Notes under the pieces: model-generated
Told to the model about the DNA's origin: nothing
The model's input: the letters and a program-made list of their open reading frames with translations, nothing else
Databases searched by the model: none
Shown: in pieces, positions 26,896 to 36,049 of the stretch
Layout of the letters: each line of letters begins with the position of its first letter
Position numbering within the stretch: position 1 is the first letter of the stretch
Position numbers and translations under genes: made by a program
From: an uncultured Clostridia bacterium
Lineage (GTDB): Bacteria; Bacillota; Clostridia; Christensenellales; CAG-1252
Length of the DNA stretch: 43,563 nucleotides
Direction: 5' to 3'
Assembly (NCBI GenBank): GCA_946625545.1
Contig: CAMOTC010000002.1
Coordinates: 1 to 43,563 of the forward strand

Positions 26896-27996
26896 TCAGA
26901 ATAGGCTCGCTATCGTACCCAAATTCAGTATATCACAAATGATCGCAAATGCAAAGAGGATCACGATACCCACCGTATGAATGATCGCCTCGACCTTCCT
27001 GTTGACAGGTCTGCGGAAAATGATCTCGATCAAGCAGAAAATGACGCGACAACCGTCCAACGCCGGGAATGGCAGGATATTCATCAAAGCGACGCTCGCG
27101 CTCATGATGCCGAACATCAGTAGGACGCCGCGGAAGCCGAGCGTCATCGTGATCTTTCCCATCGCCGCTACGCTGGTCACGGTACCTCCGACCGATCCCT
27201 TCAAGCCGACTGCCCCCGTAAAGAGTCCACCGATCGTCTTGAAGGTCAAGATCACGAGTTGCCATATAAAGATAAAGCTCCTACCGAGAGCCTCGAAAAA
27301 TCCCATACGATAGTAGTCGTATCCGATATTGATCCCAAATCCACGGTAGGTGCTGACGACGGTATTTCCGTTTTCATCCACCCCTTCGGAGCGGAAATCT
27401 CCGCGTGTGACGGTGATCGTCACCTTCTCCCCATCGCGAATGACGACGACCTCCGCCGTATCGTCACTCTCGGCGAGCAGATTCCCGATATTTGTATCGA
27501 TAACGGAATAGACGTTATTTCCGTTCACTTGATAGATCAAGTCACCGACCTCGAATTCTTGTGTAAAAGCGCTTTCCGATTCATTCAAAGTGATGACCTT
27601 GGGGAGAGTGTAGCCGTATGTCGCGAATAAGATCGTCAAAATGATAACAGCAGAAATAAAATTAAATGTCACGCCCGCCAAGAGGACGATGATACGCTTC
27701 CAAGGCTTCTGACTATTGAAAGAACCTTCGACGGTACTGTCTTCGTCCTCCCCTTCAAAGGCGCAAAAACCGCCGAGAGGGATCGCACGGATCGAGAACA
27801 ATTCCCCGGTTTTGGTACTTTTACGCGAGAAAAGTTTGGGACCGAAGCCGATCGAGAACTCATTGATCTTGAAATGCAGCGCCTTTCCGAGGAGATAATG
27901 ACCCGATTCGTGCACGAGGATCATCACCATCAATGCGACGATAGCGATAAGAATGGATAAAGCGATAGTCCCTGCGCTTCCGATCATATACGTCAT
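26896..27996 (-). CDS. rseP: RIP site-2 metalloprotease RseP/RasP (M50)
   Basis: Contains HESGHYLLG (HExxH), a PDZ-like middle region, the NILPFPALDG motif and multiple TM segments. Confidence 0.9.
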   Translation of the reverse strand: MTYMIGSAGTIALSILIAIVALMVMILVHESGHYLLGKALHFKINEFSIGFGPKLFSRKSTKTGELFSIRAIPLGGFCAFEGEDEDSTVEGSFNSQKPWKRIIVLLAGVTFNFISAVIILTILFATYGYTLPKVITLNESESAFTQEFEVGDLIYQVNGNNVYSVIDTNIGNLLAESDDTAEVVVIRDGEKVTITVTRGDFRSEGVDENGNTVVSTYRGFGINIGYDYYRMGFFEALGRSFIFIWQLVILTFKTIGGLFTGAVGLKGSVGGTVTSVAAMGKITMTLGFRGVLLMFGIMSASVALMNILPFPALDGCRVIFCLIEIIFRRPVNRKVEAIIHTVGIVILFAFAIICDILNLGTIASLF

Positions 27997-29132
27997 AGTT
28001 TTTGCACCACCATTTCAGTATATTTCTCCACGTCGTCATTTATGCGGAGGACGTCGGCGAGATCATAAGATCCCGACAAATCATATTTTAAGAACACTTT
28101 TTCCAATACGTCGGAAATATCCGAATATTTTATCTTTCTTTCAAAGTAAGCGGGCACAAGGATACTGTCAGCCGCAAGCATCGCTGCGGGGTAGAGTCCG
28201 CCCTTTCGCCCCGCTTCGAGAAGCAAACGGAATGCGGGATATCTCTCAAAATCAACCTCTCTAAAGGAGAGATCAAAGGGGACCCGAAGGGGCTTGACCG
28301 GAGAGGCGATGCGCTCGGGATAGGTGAAAGCATATTGAATGGGCAGCCGCATATCGGGCTCAGAGAGCTGTGCGATCACCGCTCCATCCTTAAAACGCAC
28401 CATCGAATGTACGATACTTTCACGGTGGATCACCGTCTCGATATCCTCATAGGAGACGTCGAATAAGTGATGCGCTTCTATGACTTCAAAGCCCTTATTT
28501 ACCATCGTGGCGCAGTCGATCGTGATCTTTCGCCCCATATTCCAATTTGGATGCGCGAGCGCGCGTTGGGGAGAAAGGTCATTCAATTCAGAGAGCGGCA
28601 CGTCACGAAAAGCTCCGCCGCTCGAGGTGATGATCAGTTTATCGACGTCGCAGGATCGTCCCGACGAGAGACATTGAAAGATCGCGGAATGTTCACTATC
28701 TACGGGAATGATCTCCGAGTGATACTTCTTTGCGCGGGAAATGACGTAGTCTCCTGCGGATACGAGCATCTCTTTATTAGAGAGCGCGATCCTCGCACCC
28801 TTTTGCATCGCGACGAGAGTGGGACGAAGCGCAGAGATCCCAACGACAGCATTTAAGAAGATATCGTAATCTCCATCCATAGCGGCATGAACAAGGGCGT
28901 CTTCGCCGGTGTATAACTTGCAGGGATAACTAAATTCCTCTGCCCTGATCTCAGCGTCTCCCGTTAGGCACACCGTTGGGACTTTGTAGCGATTTGCGAT
29001 CTCGATAAGGGTGATGACGTCACGGTGCGCGGAGATCATCGTCAGAGAGAAACGATCGGGATATTTCTCGATCACCTCGACAGCTTGTCTCCCGATGGAA
29101 CCTGTGACACCGATGATCGCTATCTTTCTCAT
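27993..29132 (-). CDS. dxr: 1-deoxy-D-xylulose-5-phosphate reductoisomerase
   Basis: Contains IAIIGVTGSIGRQ, LSNKE, PVDSEHSAIFQC and HPNWNMGRKITIDCATM. Confidence 0.95.
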   Translation of the reverse strand: MRKIAIIGVTGSIGRQAVEVIEKYPDRFSLTMISAHRDVITLIEIANRYKVPTVCLTGDAEIRAEEFSYPCKLYTGEDALVHAAMDGDYDIFLNAVVGISALRPTLVAMQKGARIALSNKEMLVSAGDYVISRAKKYHSEIIPVDSEHSAIFQCLSSGRSCDVDKLIITSSGGAFRDVPLSELNDLSPQRALAHPNWNMGRKITIDCATMVNKGFEVIEAHHLFDVSYEDIETVIHRESIVHSMVRFKDGAVIAQLSEPDMRLPIQYAFTYPERIASPVKPLRVPFDLSFREVDFERYPAFRLLLEAGRKGGLYPAAMLAADSILVPAYFERKIKYSDISDVLEKVFLKYDLSGSYDLADVLRINDDVEKYTEMVVQKL

Positions 29133-29995
29133 AAGGCCACACCTCCGTAGATCATAAAGAAAACCGCGACGATGGGCGCCACGAAGAGTAAGCTATCCAT
29201 TCTATCCATCACACCGCCGTGTCCCGGAAAGATCTTTCCGAAATCCTTGACCCCCATTCTACGCTTGATCAAAGAGGCAAATAGATCTCCGATAATGGCA
29301 AGCGTCGTAGCGATTACAGCTAAGGCTAAGTAAACGGGAACGGAGATATAATATTCATCAAATAATCGGATTATTCCGACATTTCCGAAGTTTTGAAACA
29401 CTGCAAAAACGTCAAAGAGAAGGAATACTATCGTCGCGCCGATAAGTCCTCCGATGTAAGCGCCGATAGCTCCGGCTATCGTCTTTTTCGGGCTGACGTC
29501 TTCCATCAATTTCTTCTGTCCGAAAATCATCCCCGCAAAGAGTGCGAAGGCGTCGGACAGCAAGGTGACAAAAAGAATGAAAAGTATGCCGAGCAGCGAT
29601 CCCATTCCGTGATTTATCTCAAAGAATGAGGTCGTGAGGATCATCGGATAAAAAAGGATCAAAATCGTGTAAAGGAGATCATTGATGGTATATTTATCTC
29701 GCTTGAATAGAAATACCGTAGCAGCACACAAAAGGGAGATCATCGCCGCAAATAGCGTCCCACTTCCCTCAAAGAAATAGAATAGCGGATAGATAGAAAC
29801 CGCAAATACTATCAAAGGAAGCAAGATCGCGTTATAACCGGACTTCTTCCCTACCTGCCACATTTCAAAGGCACCGAAAAGCATGAAAGCAAAAAAGAGG
29901 ATATCGGTGAGCTCGATATACAACGTGCGAAGGTAGAGGATGAAAAGCAAGGCGATCGCGATCAAGACCGCCGCGGTGATATTTCTCTTCAGCAT
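29129..29995 (-). CDS. cdsA: phosphatidate cytidylyltransferase
   Basis: 288-aa polytopic protein with the C-terminal CdsA signature (SLIKRRMGVKDFGKIFPGHGGVMDRMDS). Confidence 0.9.
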   Translation of the reverse strand: MLKRNITAAVLIAIALLFILYLRTLYIELTDILFFAFMLFGAFEMWQVGKKSGYNAILLPLIVFAVSIYPLFYFFEGSGTLFAAMISLLCAATVFLFKRDKYTINDLLYTILILFYPMILTTSFFEINHGMGSLLGILFILFVTLLSDAFALFAGMIFGQKKLMEDVSPKKTIAGAIGAYIGGLIGATIVFLLFDVFAVFQNFGNVGIIRLFDEYYISVPVYLALAVIATTLAIIGDLFASLIKRRMGVKDFGKIFPGHGGVMDRMDSLLFVAPIVAVFFMIYGGVAL

Positions 29996-29996
29996 A

Positions 29997-30677
29997 CTAC
30001 GACTTTAGACCTCCGTACTTCCTGACGCGCGAGGCGTATTCGTCTAAAACCGAGACAAATGCCTTCTCATCAAAGTCCGGCCAAAGGAGATCGGTAAAGA
30101 TAAACTCGGAATAAGCCGATTGTAATAAGAGGAAATTGCTGAGTCTGACCTCTCCCCCTGTCCTCACTACGAGGTCGGGGAAATCGATATCGTGAGTATA
30201 GAGCGCGGAGACGACATCATCCTTGGTAACAGAGGTTTTCCCGCTTGCAAGAAGTGAGTTCACCGCCGTGGTGATCTCCTCCCAACTGCCGTAATTCAGC
30301 GCTATGACGACGTTCAGTCCGTCGTTTTTCGCGGTTTCACTGACCATTTTTTCACAAGAATCGACGATATCAGCGGGGAATTTAGCGAGATTACCGATAA
30401 ATCTGAGACGTACGTTTTTATCTCTGTACTTATCGATCTCCGAAAGAAATCTGCGGAATATTTGGAATAAATAGTCGATCTCGCTCTTCGGACGTGTCCA
30501 ATTTTCCGTAGAAAAAGCATAAAACGTGACCGTCTTCACCTCGTACTTCATGGCGAGATTCACCACAAGATCGAGGGTTTTCGTCCCCATTTTATGCCCA
30601 TACTTTCTAGGCAAATGGCGGTGCTCCGCCCATCTGCCGTTGCCATCCATTATAAACGCGATATGCGAAGGCGTCAT
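29997..30677 (-). CDS. uppS: isoprenyl transferase (undecaprenyl diphosphate synthase)
   Basis: Contains HIAFIMDGNGRWA, FSTENWTRP and RTGGEVRLSNFLLLQSAYSE. Confidence 0.95.
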   Translation of the reverse strand: MTPSHIAFIMDGNGRWAEHRHLPRKYGHKMGTKTLDLVVNLAMKYEVKTVTFYAFSTENWTRPKSEIDYLFQIFRRFLSEIDKYRDKNVRLRFIGNLAKFPADIVDSCEKMVSETAKNDGLNVVIALNYGSWEEITTAVNSLLASGKTSVTKDDVVSALYTHDIDFPDLVVRTGGEVRLSNFLLLQSAYSEFIFTDLLWPDFDEKAFVSVLDEYASRVRKYGGLKS

Positions 30678-30686
30678 TCGACCTCC

Positions 30687-31262
30687 TTATACGGTCAAGA
30701 TCTCGGTTTCCTTATCCTTGAATGCTTTATCAACGATGGCGACCTGATCGTTCAAGATCTTATCCACGTCCTTTTCGAGCGCTTTGATATCGTCCTCGGT
30801 GATGAGTCCGTCTTTCTTCAGTTTCTTGATCCCTTCGTTAGCGTCACGGCGATGGTTGCGCAGGTTTACCTTTGCATTCTCCGTGACCTGCTTCAGCTCC
30901 TTGACGAGAGCCTGACGACGCTCCTCCGTCAGATCGGGGAAGATCAAACGAAGCACTTTACCGTCATTATTCGGCGTGATACCGACATTTGCGTCCACGA
31001 TCGCCTTTTCGGCTGCCTTCAACGCACTGCCGTCCCAGATAGAGACGACGATCATCTTCGCCTCGGGAACGGTGATACTACCCATCTGATTGAGGGGAGT
31101 GGGGGTGCCGTAGTAATCCACCATCACCTTATCGAGAATGTGGGGATTCGCGCGGCCTGCGCGGATCGTGAGAATGTGCGTTTTATAGGCATCCACAGCC
31201 TTTTTCAGCGCAGTCTCGTATGTATCCAAGATCTCCAAAACTTCCATAATATCGTATGACAT
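30687..31262 (-). CDS. frr: ribosome recycling factor
   Basis: 191 aa with IRAGRANPHILDKVMVDYYGTPTPLNQ. Confidence 0.95.
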   Translation of the reverse strand: MSYDIMEVLEILDTYETALKKAVDAYKTHILTIRAGRANPHILDKVMVDYYGTPTPLNQMGSITVPEAKMIVVSIWDGSALKAAEKAIVDANVGITPNNDGKVLRLIFPDLTEERRQALVKELKQVTENAKVNLRNHRRDANEGIKKLKKDGLITEDDIKALEKDVDKILNDQVAIVDKAFKDKETEILTV

Positions 31263-31301
31263 ATCCTATCCTCCCGTTCCTATAGAATCTTTCGACAGTG
31301 A

Positions 31302-32006
31302 TCAGTGGATCAACGTGCCGATCTTTTCGCCGTTCACGGCTTTCATAATGCTGCCTTCATCCTTAAGTCCAAAGACGATCAAAGGTATCTTATTATCCAT
31401 ACACAGCGACGCGGCGGTATAATCCATCACGCCGAGATGATTGGAGAGAAGATCGAGATAATTGAGCGTTTCGTACTTCTTCGCATTCGGATTGATCTTC
31501 GGATCGCTGTCATAGACGCCGTCCACGTTCTTTGCGAGGAGGATCGCCCCTGCCCCGATCTCTGCGGCACGAAGAACGGCAGCGGTATCGGTGGTGAAAT
31601 AGGGATTACCCGTTCCGCAAGCGAAGATAACGATCCTGCCTTTATTCAAGTGATTGATCGCCTTGCGCTGGATATAGGGCTCTGCGACTCTCGTGATCGT
31701 GAGCGCGGTCATCACGCGGGTATCCGCGCCCTTCATCTCGAAGGCGTCCTGCAGCGCGAGGGCATTCATGACAGTCGCCAGCATACCCATATGATCCGCC
31801 GTAGCACGATCGGACATAAACTTTGCCTTGCCGCCACGCCAGAAATTGCCTCCGCCGACGACGATACCGATCTGCACGCCGGTATTCTTTACCGCGATGA
31901 TATCATCTGCGATACGACCGATGATGTCGGAATCCAGTCCAAACCCATGATCTCCGCCGAGCGCTTCGCCCGAGATCTTGATGATCACTCTCTTATAAGC
32001 CGCCAT
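31302..32006 (-). CDS. pyrH: UMP kinase
   Basis: Contains [25 protein letters not shown] and [16 protein letters not shown] prefer ATG 32006, which has an AGGAG 5-6 nt upstream. The track ORF extends 19 codons further upstream. Confidence 0.92.
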   Translation of the reverse strand: MAAYKRVIIKISGEALGGDHGFGLDSDIIGRIADDIIAVKNTGVQIGIVVGGGNFWRGGKAKFMSDRATADHMGMLATVMNALALQDAFEMKGADTRVMTALTITRVAEPYIQRKAINHLNKGRIVIFACGTGNPYFTTDTAAVLRAAEIGAGAILLAKNVDGVYDSDPKINPNAKKYETLNYLDLLSNHLGVMDYTAASLCMDNKIPLIVFGLKDEGSIMKAVNGEKIGTLIH

Positions 32007-32049
32007 ATACTCTCCTATCGCGCGAAATATCCTTCCGCGCTCGTCTATT

Positions 32050-32081
32050 ACAAAAAAGGGCAAAAGTGAATTTGCCCTTTT
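32050..32081 (-). terminator. rho-independent terminator after tsf
   Basis: Minus strand reads AAAAGGGCAAA-TTCACT-TTTGCCCTTTT followed by TTGT. The stem is 11 bp and runs into a run of six T. Confidence 0.75.
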
Positions 32082-32095
32082 CGATGTGGATCAAA

Positions 32096-32974
32096 TTATT
32101 TGATCTGGCTCATCACTTCGTCAACGAAGTTATCCACCTTCTTCTCGAGTCCTTCACCCATCTCGAAGCAAGCGAATCTCTTGATCGCGAGGTTCAAGCC
32201 GTTGTCCTTATTGACGGATGCAAGGTATTGTTTGATGGAGATATCGGGATTTTTGACGAATTGCTGATCCATTAAACAAACGTCCTTGTAGTATTTGCTG
32301 ATCCTGCCCTGCACCATCTTCTCGATGATCGCCGCGGGCTTGCCCTCGTTGAGCGCCTGAGCGGTCAGGATCTCCTTCTCCTTCTCGAGCTCCTCGGTGG
32401 GGACTTCGCTGCTGAAGACGTAGGACGGCTTCGCCGCAGCGATCTGAAGGGTCAGATCATGAGCAAACGCACGGGATGCGGGGGTATCCTCGCCAGTTAC
32501 CTCGACGATAACGCCGACCTTGCCGCCCAAGTGGACGTAGCTCTCGATGATACCATCCTCGGTAACAAACTTTGCAAAACGACGGATAGAGATCTTCTCT
32601 CCGATCTTTGCGGTCGCCTCGATGACGTCAGCCTGCTTCGCCACGTTGAGCGCGTCGATATCGGACACGTCGTTATCGGCTATATACTCCGCAATGTTCG
32701 CGACGAAGGAATTATACGCATCGCCCTTCGCGACGAAGTCGGTCTCGCAGTTCACCTCGACGAGTACGCCGATATTGCCCTTGACGAGAGCGGCAACAAC
32801 GCCTTCAGCCGCGATCCTCGAGCTCTTTTTCGCGGCGGTAGCCATACCTTTCACGCGAAGGATCTCGAGCGCCTTCTCCATATCGCCGTCAGCCTCGGTA
32901 AGAGCCTTTTTGCAGTCCATCATACCGACGCCGGTCTTTTCTCTGAGTTCCTTAACATCACTTGCAGTAAACAT
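32096..32974 (-). CDS. tsf: elongation factor Ts
   Basis: Contains VKELREKTGVGMMDCKKAL and LRVKG. 292 aa, downstream of rpsB with a GGAGG SD. Confidence 0.95.
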   Translation of the reverse strand: MFTASDVKELREKTGVGMMDCKKALTEADGDMEKALEILRVKGMATAAKKSSRIAAEGVVAALVKGNIGVLVEVNCETDFVAKGDAYNSFVANIAEYIADNDVSDIDALNVAKQADVIEATAKIGEKISIRRFAKFVTEDGIIESYVHLGGKVGVIVEVTGEDTPASRAFAHDLTLQIAAAKPSYVFSSEVPTEELEKEKEILTAQALNEGKPAAIIEKMVQGRISKYYKDVCLMDQQFVKNPDISIKQYLASVNKDNGLNLAIKRFACFEMGEGLEKKVDNFVDEVMSQIK

Positions 32975-32992
32975 ATCTTTTAACCTCCGATA

Positions 32993-33784
32993 TTATTCGG
33001 CATCCGTATCGGCGGGAGCCGCAGGTGCTTCTTCTGCCGCGGGAGCTTCCTCAGCAGCGACCTCTTCGACGACGTCGTCATCCTCGGGCACGCTGTACTC
33101 TACGCCCTCTTTCGCCTCGATGACCGCATTCGCGATGGTGGAAGCGATGAGCTTGACCGCGCGGATCGCGTCGTCATTACCGGGGATCACGCAGGTCACG
33201 TTGTCGGGATTGCACTTCGTATCGACGAGAGCGACCACGGGGATACCGAGCTTATTTGCCTCGTCAACGGCGAGGTGCTCCTTGTCCACGTCCACGACAA
33301 AGAGGAGATCGGGGAGCTGGCGCATATACTTGATACCGCCGAGATTCTTCTCGAGAAGCTCGCGCTCCTTGAGGAGGAGACCCACTTCCTTCTTGGGAAG
33401 GAGATCAAACTCGCCGAGCTGCTCCATTTGATTGAGCTTATTCAAGCGATCGATGCGGGTGCGGATGGTCTTGAAGTTCGTGAGGGTGCCGCCGAGCCAT
33501 CTCTGATTGATGTAATACATCGAGCAACGCTCTGCCTCTTCCTTGATCGCATCCTGCGCCTGCTTCTTGGTACCGACGAAAAGGACGTTCTTGCCCTTCT
33601 TGACCTCGTCGCGAACGAAAGCATATGCCTTCTCGATCTCGACGACAGTCTTCTCGAGGTCGATGATGTGCACCCCGTTACGCGCAGTATAGATATACTT
33701 CGCCATCTTGGGGTTCCAGTGGCAAGTGCGATGTCCGAAGTGGACGCCGGCTTCCAAAAGCTGTTTCATGGTGATAACTGACAT
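32993..33784 (-). CDS. rpsB: 30S ribosomal protein S2, with acidic Ala/Pro-rich C-terminal tail
   Basis: Contains [10 protein letters not shown] and WLGGTLTNF. The tail is [30 protein letters not shown]. Confidence 0.95.
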   Translation of the reverse strand: MSVITMKQLLEAGVHFGHRTCHWNPKMAKYIYTARNGVHIIDLEKTVVEIEKAYAFVRDEVKKGKNVLFVGTKKQAQDAIKEEAERCSMYYINQRWLGGTLTNFKTIRTRIDRLNKLNQMEQLGEFDLLPKKEVGLLLKERELLEKNLGGIKYMRQLPDLLFVVDVDKEHLAVDEANKLGIPVVALVDTKCNPDNVTCVIPGNDDAIRAVKLIASTIANAVIEAKEGVEYSVPEDDDVVEEVAAEEAPAAEEAPAAPADTDAE

Positions 33785-33886
33785 AATAAAAAAACCTCCT
33801 GTTTTTCTTCCCGCGATTTCTTCGACCGCCCCAACTCAAACGAGCAACAGTACGGTCTCGATCTACGGTGCTTATTTAGCATAAAT

Positions 33887-33915
33887 ATAATATCATACGG
33901 AAAAATCTTTGGCAA
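33887..33915 (-). promoter_or_regulatory. SigA-type promoter (extended -10) for rpsB-tsf
   Basis: Minus strand reads TTGCCA (33910..33915), 17 nt, TGaTATTAT (-10 at 33887..33892). The leader is about 95 nt and ends in an AGGAGG SD. Confidence 0.6.
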
Positions 33916-33940
33916 CGATTTTTACGCACAATAATTGCAA

Positions 33941-34258
33941 TTATTTCTTATCGTCGCAACCCGAGCACCCCGAGCAATCGCCCGAGCAGTCCCCCGCATT
34001 GTTCTCAAGAAACTTTTGGAAAGCTTCGTTGAGCTCGTTTTCGTCCTCAACGGGAGTCAGATCGACGGTGCCGTCCTCGTTCTCCGAGATATGGAAGATA
34101 TAGCAGCTCCCCTCCTCGTAGTCCTCGCTGCCGACGATGGGCTCGACGACGCAGTACAAGCGGCCGTTCATCTCGACGGTATCCAAAAACTCGCACTCAA
34201 CGCGATTACCGTCCTCGTCGGTCAAGGTGATCAAATCTCTTTCTTCGTTATTATCCAT
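33941..34258 (-). CDS. DUF1292-family protein with Cys-rich C-terminal tail
   Basis: 105 aa with ITLTDEDGNRVECEFLDTVEMNGRLYCVV, typical of DUF1292 proteins found downstream of ruvX in Firmicutes. The tail is GDCSGDCSGCSGCDDKK. Confidence 0.75.
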   Translation of the reverse strand: MDNNEERDLITLTDEDGNRVECEFLDTVEMNGRLYCVVEPIVGSEDYEEGSCYIFHISENEDGTVDLTPVEDENELNEAFQKFLENNAGDCSGDCSGCSGCDDKK

Positions 34259-34272
34259 TTTTCAAAACCTCG

Positions 34273-34677
34273 TCATTTATTCAAGTAGCAACGCAAGATG
34301 ATCTCCGCAGCTACCTTGTCTATCACTTTTCTTCGTTCTTGGCGGGAGAGCCCCGCTTCGATCAGCATCTCCTCTGCCTCGACGGTAGTCAAACGCTCGT
34401 CCTCGTAGTAGATGGGGAGTCCCGAACGCTCGACAAGCAGAGCGCCGAAAGCGCGCACCTTCTCCGCGCGATCTCCCTCCGTTCCGTCCATATTCAGCGG
34501 GAGACCGAGCAGGATCATTTCCGCATGGAGAGAGCGAGCAAGCTCTGTAAAATAGGTCGCGTCCGCATCCGCCCCTTTTGAGAGATGCGTTTCAACGCCA
34601 TTGGTACTGATCCCGAGAGGATCGCTGACGGCGACGCCGATCCTGACGTCCCCGATATCCAAGCACAGTATTCTCAT
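34273..34677 (-). CDS. ruvX: Holliday junction resolvase-like protein RuvX (YqgF)
   Basis: Contains MRILCLDIGDVRIGVAVSD and YEDERLTTVEAE. 134 aa. Confidence 0.9.
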   Translation of the reverse strand: MRILCLDIGDVRIGVAVSDPLGISTNGVETHLSKGADADATYFTELARSLHAEMILLGLPLNMDGTEGDRAEKVRAFGALLVERSGLPIYYEDERLTTVEAEEMLIEAGLSRQERRKVIDKVAAEIILRCYLNK

Positions 34678-34683
34678 AGTCCG

Positions 34684-34712
34684 ATCATATCATAAAAGCG
34701 CCGATAACGCAA
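34684..34712 (-). promoter_or_regulatory. promoter abutting the ruvX start codon (leaderless layout)
   Basis: Minus strand reads TTGCGT (34707..34712), 17 nt, TGaTATGAT (-10 at 34684..34689), cggact, ATG (34677). Confidence 0.45.
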
Positions 34713-34716
34713 GGAT

Positions 34717-36009
34717 TCAGCCCTTGTTTGCGCGGATCACCTTGGCTCTCACAAGAGTCTTTTCGTATCCATTCTCGGAAGGCTTATAGAAGGTCTCGTC
34801 CTTGATGGCATCGGGAAGGTATTGTTGCTCGACCCATCCACCGAAAGAATGAGGATATTTATAGCCTTCGACCTTTTCCTGCTTATAATTCGTGTCCTTG
34901 AGATGCTTCGGGACGATATCTCCGTAGGTCTTTTCCACAGCATCGTGCGCGGAATAGAGGGCACCGACGACGGAATTGCTCTTTGACGCCTCGCAAACGT
35001 AGATGATCGCCTCGGTCAGAGGGATACGCCCCTCGGGGAGGCCGATATTCTGCATCGCGGTCATCGCAGAAACGGCGATGGTCAGAGCGTAGGGATCCGC
35101 CATACCCACGTCCTCTGCGGAATGTACGACCAAACGACGGCAAACGAGCATGGGGTCGCATCCCGAAGAGATCAAGCGCTCCATCCAATACACGGCAGCG
35201 TCGCTGTCACTACCGCGCAGAGACTTGCAAAATGCGGAGATCATATCGTAATAGGTGCTCTCGTCGATGGAGAGATACTTTTTCTGCACAGACTGCGAGG
35301 CGATCTCCTTCGTGATCGTAATGACCCCCTCCCGATCGGGCGGAGTCGTGATGACCGCGAGCTCGAGGCTATTATACGCGATGCGCAGATCGCCGTCGGA
35401 TGCGTAGGCAAAATGCGCGAGAACTTCGTCCTCACAGCGAGCGTTAAATGCTTTCAGCCCCCTCTCATCGGTGAGAGAGGCACTGAGAGCTGCGATGATC
35501 TCATCGGAAGACAACGGCTTAAACTCAAAGAGACGGCATCGCGAAACGATCGCCTTGGTCATCGAGATAAAGGGATTTTCCGTCGTGGAACCGATAAAGG
35601 TGATCACTCCCTCCTCGATCGCGGAGAGCATACAGTCGGACTGCGCTTTATTCCAGCGATGACATTCATCGAGCAGGAGATAGGTCTTGGTGCCGTACAT
35701 CTTGAGCCTGGCGCGCGCTTCGTCGATGACCTTCTTTGCATCGGCGACGCCGCTTGAGACAGCGTTCAACTTCTCGAAATGCGACTTGGTGGTCTCGGCG
35801 ATGATATTCGCGAGACTTGTCTTTCCCGAGCCGGGCACACCGTAAAAGATACAGCTACCGAGACGATCTGCGGCGATCGCACGACGAAGGAGAGTTCCCT
35901 CGCCTACGATATGCTTCTGTCCGATAAACTCGCTCAATGAGCGGGGACGCATCCTCTCGGCAAGCGGCTTTGCTTTATCCACGTTTTCGGTATAATCAAA
36001 TAAATCCAT
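34717..36009 (-). CDS. rarA: replication-associated recombination protein A (AAA+ ATPase RarA/MgsA)
   Basis: Contains PLAERMRPRSLSEFIGQ, Walker A GVPGSGKTSLA and Walker B LLLDECHRWNK, plus the C-terminal MgsA domain. ATG 36009 gives a canonical N-terminus. The longer track ORF (to 36183) would run into the preceding gene. Confidence 0.92.
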   Translation of the reverse strand: MDLFDYTENVDKAKPLAERMRPRSLSEFIGQKHIVGEGTLLRRAIAADRLGSCIFYGVPGSGKTSLANIIAETTKSHFEKLNAVSSGVADAKKVIDEARARLKMYGTKTYLLLDECHRWNKAQSDCMLSAIEEGVITFIGSTTENPFISMTKAIVSRCRLFEFKPLSSDEIIAALSASLTDERGLKAFNARCEDEVLAHFAYASDGDLRIAYNSLELAVITTPPDREGVITITKEIASQSVQKKYLSIDESTYYDMISAFCKSLRGSDSDAAVYWMERLISSGCDPMLVCRRLVVHSAEDVGMADPYALTIAVSAMTAMQNIGLPEGRIPLTEAIIYVCEASKSNSVVGALYSAHDAVEKTYGDIVPKHLKDTNYKQEKVEGYKYPHSFGGWVEQQYLPDAIKDETFYKPSENGYEKTLVRAKVIRANKG

Positions 36010-36015
36010 ATATTG

Positions 36016-36044
36016 ACTATACCACAAAATGCTCTCCCTGACAA
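36016..36044 (-). promoter_or_regulatory. promoter abutting the rarA start codon (leaderless layout)
   Basis: Minus strand reads TTGTCA (36039..36044), 17 nt, TGgTATAGT (-10 at 36016..36021), caatat, ATG (36009). There is no SD. The promoter lies in the 40-nt gap after the giant gene's stop. Confidence 0.55.
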
Positions 36045-36049
36045 GGAAA

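Noticed and set aside
31305-32069. 254-aa plus-strand ORF almost exactly co-extensive with pyrH
   Set aside because: It is a mirror ORF of a highly conserved UMP kinase gene, with no recognisable motifs and no ribosome-binding site. I treat it as an antisense artefact.
33785-33886. Possible structured autoregulatory leader for rpsB (S2)
   Set aside because: The ~95-nt leader shows only short, weak pairings and a duplicated ACCGTA hexamer. I could not derive a convincing fold by eye, and I do not expect the known S2 leader motif outside Gammaproteobacteria.
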